This document shows positions 1 through 11,439 of a stretch of DNA of 64,000 nt, in pieces. The stretch spans positions 24,616,001-24,680,000 of the forward strand of contig NC_058369.1 in NCBI RefSeq assembly GCF_018350175.1, read 5' to 3'. Made by a program: the position numbers and the translations under genes. Position 1 is the stretch's first letter, and each line of letters begins with the position of its first letter. The notes below the pieces were generated by a model. It was given only the letters and a program-made list of their open reading frames with translations, did no database searches and had not been told where the DNA came from. Origin of the DNA: Felis catus (Eukaryota).

Positions 1-496
1 ACCACATAGCTCCAACTCCAGCTACTATGTCCATACTCCAGTCAACAAAAAGAAGGAAAAGAAAGGAGAAAGGCATGCCCTCCCTTTACGTGCACTTTCC
101 AGAAACTGTACACTTTTACACTATTGTAAACTGTACACTATTACACTTACAACTTAGTGACATGGTCACACTCTGTTCCAAAGGCTAAGAAATGCAGTCT
201 TTACTCAAGGCAGCCATGTGCCCATCCTAAACTAAGAATTCTTTTATGGGAATTCACATAAGAGTCTCTGCCACAGGTTTCTTCCAATCTTTTGCATATC
301 AAACAAAACAGCAAAGAACATCCTACATATCTGCCTTTGAACACTTATATGAGAGTATCTTTGCAGAAATTATGATAAGAATAATATGGGAGGTTTTAGA
401 GACCCTGTTCCAATTCTCTCATTTTACAGATGAGGATTAAGACTCAAAGAAGTGAAGTAACTTGCCAAAAATCACATAACTATCTCCCAGCAGAGT

Positions 497-675
497 AGGG
501 TTGCCAGATAAAATATAGGACACACAATGAAACTTTAATTTCAGATAAATAAGCAATTTTTACTATAAGTATTTCACATGTAATATTTGAGACATACTTA
601 CACTGAAAAATTATCCTTCTGAAATTCAAATTTAAATGCACATCTTATATTTTTATTTGCTAATTCTAGCAACTT
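497..675. mobile_element. MER53-like palindromic DNA-transposon relic within a MIR
   Basis: tagggttgccagata ... ttctagcaact terminal inverted ends and internal fold-back. Confidence 0.7.
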
Positions 676-1464
676 TAGAATTTAGAATTTAAATCTCTTG
701 ACTTTCATCCCATTTTTCTTATGTACAACATGCACATGTCAAATGGACACTTAGTTAATAATGAAGTAAAGAACACCAATAATCTACAAAGAATATAACT
801 TTCCACCAAAGATTAGCTTTTATAAAGGTTCAGACATGCTATCCATGCCATATGCCTAAGTGAGTTTTTCTATGTCATAAATACATAGGTAACAAACCAA
901 CGGTTCCATGGAGGTTACAGTAAATCCATCCATCAGCGCCAACCTGCTCTTGTTCAAAATAAAATTAGCCTTAAATTAATGCAGATTTCCAGAGGCTGAA
1001 AGTAGGCAATTCTTGCCAGAGTTCTGGTTTATTATACATGCAGAGAAGAACACAAGGATGGAATACAGACATGCTACAGCATTTAGAACTCCTTTGAAAT
1101 TCAGTAGTCACTTCACAATAGTAACAATGTCTGGGAATGGGGAACCAAGCTGAAAATTTCAACTATGCCAGTAGTTCTCTATATATGGTTTCATTCTCTA
1201 TATATGGTTTAAGAATTTGAAACCTAACAAATTAAGACCTCTTCATATCCCCTCTTCCTGATTACAAAAAAACAGCTCTGCAAAGTTTTCATGTCACAAG
1301 ATTTTACAGGCACACACATTTTATAACAAAGAAATCAAGAACTGTAGCTCTAAGCATGTTTTTCACGCTAAGTTATGTACATTAGTTCCCTAAAAGAGAA
1401 ACACCTGAAAACTCAACTTTCCAAACTTTAGCAAACTGGGTTAAAAAAAAAAAAAAAAAAAGAA

Positions 1465-2065
1465 CCTGATTGTTATCCAGTCTCTAAATTCAGCTACCAA
1501 TTTCCAAAAAACACAAAGGACAGAGCAACATTTTAAACTCTGCAGGGATGCAATCAACAAAATCCAGGCCACAGTTAACTCTACAGAACAAACAACTTGG
1601 TCTCCTCAATGTCTAAATAACAAATGGGAAAAAAAGTAAATGAGACTTAAAAAGCATTATCCAACTACAATGTGTGATCCTTATTTAAACCCTGATTCAA
1701 ACTGTTCTAAAAAACAAAAACTATGGCACCAATGAGAAGATTAAAAATTTGAATGCTGCCTGAATATTTTGTAGTATTAAAAAAGTACTGTTACTTTTTC
1801 AGTGCATGTGACAATAGTATTATATTTAGAACTTGTCTGAAGATTCTTCTCTTTTAGAGATAAAGACTAAAATATTTATGGATGAACTGATAGAATGTCT
1901 ATGCTCTGCTTTAAACCAATAGAAGGTTAGGAAGTAGGTGGATGAGGATAAGGCAGGAGTGGCCAGTTGATGGATTGGGAAAAGGTTATAAGTATACACA
2001 GGGAGTCATTACACTACTTTCTGTTTATATTTCTGCATGTTTGAGATTCTCCACAATTTTTTAAA
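1465..2065 (+). mobile_element. Ancient L1M (L1MC/ME-like) 3'UTR relic
   Basis: Degenerate motifs caactacaatgtgtgatccttattt...ctgattcaaac and tgtttgagattctccacaat; recognised by eye. Confidence 0.55.
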
Positions 2066-3696
2066 AATTTCTAGTACATGCCAAAAAAATTGAACTAAAA
2101 CCTGAGGATAGCTGCAAATATCTGAAATATGATAATATTCCATTAGAAAAAAATGATTTAAACAATCCCATTATTTCATATCCTATGGTGAATAATGCAT
2201 TGATTCAGATAAAACCCTTTGTCTTGAATATCTTCATGAAGGGTCTGGCTCACTTGTTATGAATTAAATGAAGAAAAATACAAGTTAAGGTAATTTCAAA
2301 CACATTTAAATTTCCTACAAGCCAACAAAATCAAGACCTGTCTCCTAAAAAAGCAATTATTTTCCATCATAAAACTGTAAACAAAGCCCTAACAAATTAT
2401 TTTTCTAACAGTTGTTTTTACTATGTTCAATAGTCTGTGTTCCAGCTTTTAGTCTGATATATAATTAGAACATCAACCAAATATCAAAAGAGAAAGATAA
2501 TTTAGTCTGATTTTAATAGAAGCTAAGAAACTGAAGCTCCGTTTTAAAAAAAAAAAAAGTTTGCTAGTAATAAACCTCAACACCTGTACCGTGAAATAAT
2601 TTTTATCAGCCTAATCAGCGATAATCTTGCAAAAAAAAAAAAAAAAGCTGCCCTATTCTTGCATTCTCCTTTAGTTTGTTTTCTCTCCAACCATTAACTG
2701 AAAAGAGGAAAGAAAGCAAGTCCCAAGGTTGTACAACCTAAACAATGCCTGGGGGAAACAGCCTATGAATTCTTCTAGCTCCCTTAAACTTTTATATCCC
2801 AAAAGCTTAAATAATTTTAAATTAGGCCAGTGCCAACCTGGAGGCATTAAACACACAGTGGTTTTTTTGCAAACAAAGCATCAATTTCAGCCTAGGCATC
2901 TTGTAAAATGAGTAGGCAGCTCAGGAATTACTCTCACTTTACACGTGAAGAAACTATGACTCTGAATTAACAGATTTATCAAATGAGAAGAGTCAAGGAA
3001 CAGTTGACTTGAACTTACATCCTCTGACAACTAATCCTAATATTTGCCCATTCCCCCTGAATGTAAATACATGGTCATATGTACAATTTTTTTCAACATA
3101 AATTACTATTCTATAAACTGATCAACATTTTTTCTATCACTAAAATCCTTCCATTTTTCAAGGTGCACCTTAATATGCAAATAGCTACAGAATATTCCAT
3201 GGCAGAAATGTACCATAATTTATTTACCCAATTCTTTAAATTGGACGTTTAGGTTCTTTGCCAAAATAAACAAGGCTATAATGCATGTCCAAATATGTAG
3301 ATCTATGTGAATCTGGCCCATTATTTCTCCAGGATAAATTCTTAGAAGTAGAATAGCTGATGGGCAAAGGGTATGCCCATTTAAAATATGGAATAACAAC
3401 AAATTGCTCCCAGAAGGGATGGAGCAATTTAGAGCCCCACTAACAGCGACTAGGGTCCATTTCACCACTCTGCCCACTACTGTGCATTAGCTTTCCCTTT
3501 AAACTTTGGCAATATGATAGTTGAAAATAATCTCATTATTTTAACCTGCATATATCTTTTATCAAAGATAGTAAGGTTACTATCTTTCCCTAAATCATTT
3601 CCCCCCTGGGAATTGCCTGTCCATGTTTTTCACTAATTTCTCTACTCCATTGTTAATCTTGTTATTACTAACTAATAAAAACTCTGTATATATTAA

Positions 3697-3910
3697 AGCA
3701 CGGTTCCTCCCCCTCAGCATTACTGACATTTTGGGCTGGATAATTCTTTGTTGTGGGGGACTGCCCTGTTCTGCAGGATGCTTAGCGCATCCCTGGCCTC
3801 TACCCACTAAATGCCAGAAACATTCCCTCCAGTTGTGACAACCAAAAATGTCTCCAAGCATTGCCACATGTCCTGTGGAGAGCAAAATAGTCCCTGGCTG
3901 AGAACTACAG
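3697..3910 (+). mobile_element. MER20-like hAT relic
   Basis: gacattttgggctggataattctttgttgtgggg...ccagttgtgacaaccaaaaatgtctcc. Confidence 0.8.
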
Positions 3911-4151
3911 TGTTAAGTTGATTAACCCTCTGTTCCAATTACATGCTACAGCCTCTTGGATACTAATACCCCCCATTCTCCATTCAATAGGAGTGTCCTT
4001 TCTTCAATATTGTTTAAAGATTTTTTTACAGACTTGATTATTATACTAATTTTCTCTCAATACTGAATCGCTACAGTTGTTCCAAAACCCATACAACTAA
4101 AATGAAGTCTAAATCCCTTTAAGTTCCAAGTACTGATTTCAGTTATACCAT

Positions 4152-4548
4152 CTAGAACTGCACTGTTCAATACAGTAGCTGCTAACCATAAGGGACTACA
4201 TTTAAATTTAAATTAAGTGAAATTAACTAAAATTTAAAATTCGGTTCCTCAATCACACTAGCCACATTTCAAGTGTTCAGCAGCCACATGTGGCAGGTGG
4301 TTGCCATATTGGACAGCACAGATATTGAACATTCCCATCATCGCAGAGTGTTCCACTGTATAGAACTGCTCTAGAATCTTGCCACTCAAAGTGTGGTTCA
4401 AACACCAGCAGCACTGGCACCATCCAAATGCTTGTGAGAAATACAGAATCTTGGGCCCCACCCCAGACCTACTATACATCGGGATCTTCATCTTAACAAG
4501 ATCCCCAGGTGATTTACGTGCACTCAGAAGTTTGAGAAGCATTGCACT
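4152..4548. mobile_element. Adjacent MER3-like and MER5A-like hAT relics
   Basis: ctagccacatttcaagtgttcagcagccacatgtggc (MER3-like), then ctcaaagtgtgg...ttaacaagatccccaggtgatt...tttgagaagc (MER5A-like). Confidence 0.75.
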
Positions 4549-6715
4549 GGGTGACTGAAACTTCTGAGGTCTGTTATCAAATGTGCCATCATTCCACAAG
4601 TCCTTACTTCTCTAGACTAAAACATCCTCAGCTTTTCATCATATGACCTAGTTTCCAAATCTCCACTGATCCAGCTCTTCACTTCCCTCTATCATCTTTC
4701 AGTCTATAAAGGACAGAAGGTGAGGCTGTGCTTCAGGAGAGGTCTGAAATTGAGACCATCACTTTCTTTGAGCTGAATATCACATTTCTTTCAATGTAGC
4801 CTCAGTTTGCATTAGATTTGTCCTTATTTAGTAATTTCTCATCAGCCAGATCACACTAGAGGCACATAATAAATTTGTGATTCCTTGGGCCTTCTTCATG
4901 GAACTGCAGTGAAGTTACACATTCCATAAACTTTTGCAGATACTTGCTTAAACTGATGTTCAGAAATGTACAATTATCTATATTAAATTTAATCTTGTTG
5001 CCTTCTGTCTTTTGGCTTCATCTACCAAATCCCTAATGTGTCCCAATTCTTTCACCCAATTTTGAAAACTTGACGAGCATGCCTATTTATTCTTCCAAAC
5101 ATTCAAAAATGTTAAACAGGAGGAAATCCAGAATAGTGACCTAGAGTTCCACAGAATCTTCTTCCCCCCTGCCTATGTGAATCTACTGAGACTCTTAGAT
5201 ATATTTCTAACCCAGTTATTAATCTGCCTAACTGTACTGATACTTGAAATCACTAATTCCAAAATGTGTTGTTTCAGAAACCAATAGAATTTTTCCAGCA
5301 AAAAAACCCAAAATTATGAGATTAGATTTCTATTGTTTTAAAGATTGAAGACCAGCTAATTTTTTCCAAATCCTCTCTCACTACCAATACTTTATGACAA
5401 AAGCAAGACACTCTCTTTTATAACCAGTCCCCAAATCAAGTCAACCAAAATGACAGCCTTTTCATTAAGATATATTCATCTACATCAAAACAAATAAACA
5501 AAAGTAGTCTTTACCAACACTTAACCTGTATCTGTGACAGGATCAACTCTCATTGTACAAAAGTGGTCTACCCACAGAACATTTTATTACTGACATCAAT
5601 GACTCAGTTGTCTTTAAGTCTTATAATGTTCTCCTCCTTATTTTTACAAGTATATTCCACATAAATAAATGATGTACCCAGTGAAGAAAAACACTAGACG
5701 TATGACAACACCTGTGAGATGGCCTCTTATTCTCAAATAAGTTAAAATTATTTTGATTTTTCCACAAAACTAATTCCAGAGTTTAAAATTTTTTACAGTG
5801 CCTTTTATCCTTTTCTCATTTTGCTATATCTTTTCTGTGTAATCTCTAGAAATTTCCTATTCATGCTGCCCTCATCATACATATTAATTGAACATATGCA
5901 CTAGGAAACTAATACATCAAGTGACTCTTACAAGGGAGGTGACTTCTGATTCAAAGATATGCAACATCTCCTCCTTGAAGGGCTAATAATCAGATGGGAA
6001 AAAAGACTTGGACACAAATAATTGTGATAGAAAGCGATATACAGAGCATACTATATAAGTAATACAATCAACAAACTATATAAAAAAATCAGAGGAGGAA
6101 CCACTCAATTTCTAGCCAGGATAATTAGAAAGAGAAAAAAACTTCTCAGAGGGAACAGAATTTGTAATTGTTTGAAAGACTGATAGGATTTCAACATGTA
6201 GGTGCACATATCTGGAGACTAGTCCTGGCCAACCAAGCAAAGACGCAGAACAAGGGAGGTGCAAATACAGATGCATCTACTTTGGCCAAAGTAATAGATG
6301 CATGGTGGGAAATGAGGCAGAAAAGGCCAGAGCACAAGTGGTGGACACATTTGATATTAGGAAAGAATGAATTGATCTTGACTGGGGAAGTGGCCCTGAG
6401 CAAAGTCACTGTCCCTACAAAATCTAAGTGTGTCTATTCTCAGGGCTGACTGAAGAGGAAGTATCAATGATTATTTATTCATAATATACAGCATAAGGTA
6501 CAGCAACTTCCATGTCACTGAATATTCTTCAGTTTTTAAATGTCTGGATGGTATTTAGTAATATAATATTTTACTTTGGATATTTAGGCTAGCTCCCATG
6601 TTTTGTTAATACTTAAAATAGAACAATCGTAATGAACATATTTTTACTTTGTGTGCATATAATTCCTAGAAGAGGAATTACTGGTGAAAGAAAAAGAATA
6701 TTCTCAAGACTCTGT

Positions 6716-6925
6716 GGGGTGCCTGGGTGGCTCAGTCTGTTAGTGTCCAACTCTTGATTTCGGTCCAGGTAATGATCTCACAATTCCCTGAGATCAAGCC
6801 CAAGTCTGTGCTAACAGTGCAGAGCCTGCTTCGGATCTTCTCTCTCCCAATCTCTCTGCCCCTCCCCCATTCATGTGCACATGAGTGCACTCTCTCTCTA
6901 CCTCAAAAAAAATAAACTTTTTTTA
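6716..6925 (+). mobile_element. Carnivore tRNA-derived SINE (CanSINE)
   Basis: ggggtgcctgggtggctcag head, CT-rich segment, A-tail. Confidence 0.9.
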
Positions 6926-6940
6926 AAAAGAATATTTTTA

Positions 6941-8740
6941 GAGAAGTGTCTATTCATGTTTTCTGCCCACTTCTTCACTGGATTATTTGTTTTTCGGGTG
7001 TGGAGTTTGGAGAGTTTTTTATAGATTTTGGATACTAGCCCTTTGTCTGACATGTCATTTGCAAATCTCTTTTCCCATCCTGTTGGTTGCCTTTTAGTTT
7101 TGTTGATTGTTTCCTTTGCTGTGCAGAAGCTTTTTATCTTCATGAGGTCCCAATAGTTCATTTTTGCTTTTAAGTCCCTTGCCTTTGGAGATGTGTCAAG
7201 TAAATTGCTGTGGCTGAGGTCAGAGAGGTTTTTTCCTGCTTTCTCCTCTAGGGTTTTGATGGTTTCCTGTCTCACATTCAGGTCCTTTATCCATTTTGAG
7301 TTTATTTTTGTGAATGGTGTAAGAAAGTGGTCTAGTTTCATTCTTCTACACATTGCTGTCCAGTTCTCCCAGCACCATTTGTTAAAGAGACTTTTTTCCA
7401 TTGGATATTCTTTTCTGCTTTGTCAAAGATTAGTTGGCCATACTTTTGCGTGTCCAATTCTGGAGTCTCTATTCTATTCCATTGGTCTATGTGTCCGGTT
7501 TTGTGCCAATACCATACTGTCTTGATGATTACAGCTTTGCAGTAGAGGCTGAAGTCTGGGATTGTGATGCCTCCCACTTTGGTCTTCTTCTTCAATATTA
7601 CTTTGACTATTCGGGGTCTTTTGTGGTTCCATACAAATTTTAGGATTGCTTGTTCTAGCTTGAGAAGAATGCTGGTGCAATTTTGATTGGGATTGCATTG
7701 AATGTGTAGATTGTTTTGACATTTTAACAATATTTATTCTTCCAATCCATGAGCATGGAATGTTTTTCCATTTCTTTATATCTTCTTCAATTTCCTTCAT
7801 AAGCTTTCTATAGCTTTCAGCATACAGATCTTTTACATCTTTGGTTAGGTTTATTTCTAGGTATTTTATGATTCTTGGTGCAATCGTGAATGGGATCAGT
7901 TTCTTTATTTGTCTTTCTATTGCTTCATTATTAGTGTATAAGAATGCAACTGATGGCCAATAGGCACATGAAAAGATGCTCAACGTCACTCCTCATCAGG
8001 GAAATACAAATCAAAACCACACTCAGATACCACCTCACGCCAGTCAGAGTGGCTAAAATGAACAAATCAGGAGACTATAGATGCTGGAGAGGATGTGGAG
8101 AAACAGGAACCCTCTTGCACTGCTGGCAGGAATGCAAACTGGTACAGCTGCTCTGGAAAAGTGTGGAGGTTCCTCAAAAAATTAAAAATAGATCTACCCT
8201 ATGACCCAGCAATAGCACTGCCAGGAATTTACCCAAGGGATACAGGAGTGCTGATGCATTGGGGCACATGTACCCCAATGTTTACAGCAGCACTTTCAAC
8301 AACAGCCAAATTATGGAAAGAGCTTAAATGTCCATCAACTGATGAATGGATAAAGAAATTGTGGTTTATATACACAGAGGAATACTATGTGGCAATGAGA
8401 AAGAATGAAATATGGCCTTTTGTAGCAATGTGGATGGAACTGGAGAGTGTTGTGCTAAGTGAAATAAGTCATACAGAGACAGATACCATGTGTTTTCACT
8501 CTTATGTGGATCCTGAGACACTTAACAGAAGACCATGGGGGAGGGGAAGGAGGAAAAAAAAAAAGTTGGAGAGGGAAGGAACCAAACCATGGGAGACTCT
8601 TGAAAACTAAGAACAGACTGATGGTTGATGGGGGTGAGAGGGTGGAGAGGGTGGGTGATGGGTATTGAGGAGGGCACCTGTTGGGATGAGCACTGGGTGT
8701 TGTATGGAAACCAATTTGACAATAAATTTCATATTTAAAA
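6941..8740 (+). mobile_element. 5'-truncated, 5'-inverted LINE-1 (6941-7954 inverted ORF2 segment; 7952-8740 forward ORF2 end, 3'UTR, polyA)
   Basis: Minus ORFs give L1 ORF2 peptides ([28 protein letters not shown]); plus ORFs give RYHLTPVR...CWRGC, KCPSTDEWIKK. AATAAA and A-tail near 8721-8743. TSD aaaagaatattttta (6926-6940) / aaaggagtattttta (8741-8755). Confidence 0.93.
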
Positions 8741-11021
8741 AAAGGAGTATTTTTAAGACTTTCAATATACATTTACCAATTTCATATCACAAAACAGGTT
8801 CCCATTTAAACGTCCAACATTGGTATGTGTGTTTGTTCATTATATATGACTATATCTATCTCACCAAAATAATGTAGGCTTCTGGATACCCTACCCCCTT
8901 CCTCAGCGGTGTCAGGAAGCAGACCAGAGAGGAGAGGGTCTACTGCCCGAGGGAGGTGCAAGGTACAGTTGATTTTTATCTCTCTGTATGACTGGGACTC
9001 CTCATACCCCAGGACTTCACACCCAGGCTAACTTCACAGGTGTGACCTGTGGAGCCTCTTAGGGCCCCAGGCTTAGAAAAGCGCCAAGTTGGTTTAATGT
9101 CTATTGTCCAAAAATTTTTTAACAAGGGCCCTACATTTTCTTTTTGCAGTGAGTCCCCAAAATTAGCCAGTCTTGCTCATACCCCATAGTGCCTAGGAGG
9201 ATGTGTTGCACATAAGAGACATTAAAAACTTCCCCCAAATAGCACAATATTATTGTGTTTATAGGAAAGGGGGAGGAGAAAAATCAAACTAAATCCACAT
9301 CAATTGTATCTTTTTTTTTTTCCAAAAAAGTCATTATCAAATTACCTTTTAATTTCATTAGTTACACAGTTCAGGGCAACAATGAAGTCAAATCAAAGTC
9401 ACTGAGATTCAGAGGGGTCATGACAAGAAAAAAGTAAACAAAGTTTTAAAAAACCTAGAGAGATAATAATTCAGAAAAACATTAAATTCAAAGTCAATGA
9501 GAATTTGGCTTTTGCTATGACTATATCATCTTCCTAGTAGGTTCTTGAACTAAATAAATGTGATTTCTGCTTGGAAATTTTCCTGGAGGCCATCTGGAAA
9601 ATTAAGACAGACAGGATAAGTGTCTTTTTATTATTCTGAGCCACATAAAACATTTGGTCTCAGGAGCCGATAAAAACTATTCCAGAGGAACCCAGACCAC
9701 TAATCTTGCTACCCTCAACAACTTTCATCAACCCTCGAAATTTAATAGACCATTAGTATCCCTAGTGTGAACACTGCCCTTTTCCCAAGTTTTATTTAAA
9801 GCTTAGACGATCAAAAAGTATTTGAATTCTGCAGATGGATTCATAGGAGGGAGGCCCCAGACATCATCAGGCCAGAACCATTTTCACGTTTAAGTTCAAG
9901 TCCATATCCTTCTCACGTCCTAACTCCCATCCCAACTCGCATCCCGACATTCTCCAGAGCATGTTCTTAAATCTGGTCTTGGATCAACTGCTTCTGAACT
10001 ACATTCTTAAGAATGCTGATTTCTGGGCCCTATACTGGACCTTCTGAATCAACATATCTGAGGACAGAGCACAGAAATTGATTCTTTTCACCAATGTTGG
10101 GTGAGTCTATGTGCAAACCAGAACTTCTCCCGCTACTCCCTTCATTGTACACACATATCACCTGGAGATCTTGTTAAAATGCAGGTTCTGATCCACTCGG
10201 TCTGGGTAGGGGGTTGAGAGTCTGCATTTCTAACAAGCCGAGAGCATTAGTTCCCACTCCAGCTGCACACTGGAGTGTGCAGCCCAATTCTGATTCCCAA
10301 CTGAGCCTCAGTTTCCCTGTCTACAAAATGAGAATAGTACCCACATGAGATATCATTTATCTCTAATCATCTTCCAAACACCCTGCTCTCCCATCAGGCT
10401 GTCCCTTCACTTTGGAGTCTTTGCATACACAATTCCTTCACTACCACCTACCTCCTCATTCTTGGCCTCATTAAACCCTTCTCTCTGTCTTCACATTGCA
10501 GCTCCAATGTCCTCTCCACAGGGAAGACTTCCTGACCGGCCCCAGTGTGAATCCAAATGAGGTCCCTGCATTTATACTGTTCATAGCACCCTGAACACCC
10601 TTCAGAGCATCACATATTTTATAATGATGTATTTTTGTGCAAATGAAGGAATAATGCCCACCTCACCCCACTAGCCTTGGCGGGCCACAGATCCCAGTCC
10701 TCCACTCACCACTAGAACCTCAACAGTTACACTCACTTCCCACTAACAAATGCTAACGTGGGTTGATCTACCTGACTCTGTGCCAGCCTCCGTTCTCAAT
10801 ATTTTACCGAGGTTCAATTAATTTCATCTTCACACAATCCTATGAGATAGGTATAATTATTATCCCTGTTTTATGGATGAAAAAGTGAAGCACAGAGACT
10901 AAGATGCATGCCAAAGGAGTCACAGCTGGAGGCCCCTAGTGGAGGAAGCAGGACTTGAACCCAAGTAATTTAGGTTAAGAAAGGGAAACAGGAACAATGA
11001 GGGACTACAGAAGCGTTCCCA

Positions 11022-11167
11022 TTCTTTCTTTCTTCCTTCCTTCCGCTTTCTTTTATGCTTTCTTTCTTTTCTTTTTCCTTTCTTTCCTTTCTCTTTTTTT
11101 TTCTTTCTTTTCCTTTCTTTCCTTCCTTTTTTCCTTTTCTTTCTGCCTCTCTCTGTGTGTGTCTCTC

Positions 11168-11236
<69 letters not shown>
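11022..11236. repeat. Compound polypyrimidine / (TC)n / (AC)n microsatellite
   Basis: Directly visible. Confidence 0.95.
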
Positions 11237-11239
<3 letters not shown>

Positions 11240-11439
11240 TCGTAATGGTCACAAAGCCAGGGCAGCCACAGCTCAGTTATTATATTTGCATGGTAGACAC
11301 ATTAGTTCATCCTCGTCCGTTGAAAACAAATGTGTCGCCCAGTGCCTGCTCCAATGGAGGCATTTTAGAAATATGTGAGTAATAGACTCGACTGATCTAT
11401 TACCAGACAGATAACGGGGATAAGGAAACAAGGAAACTG

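Noticed and set aside
1175..1210. Direct repeat ttctctatatatggttt x2 (similar small duplications near 103-145 and 22308-22329)
   Set aside because: Two-copy slippage duplications, not arrays; nothing CRISPR-like in the window.
6898..8772. Long ORFs as host genes or an active L1
   Set aside because: Frameshifted, truncated L1 ORF2 pieces.
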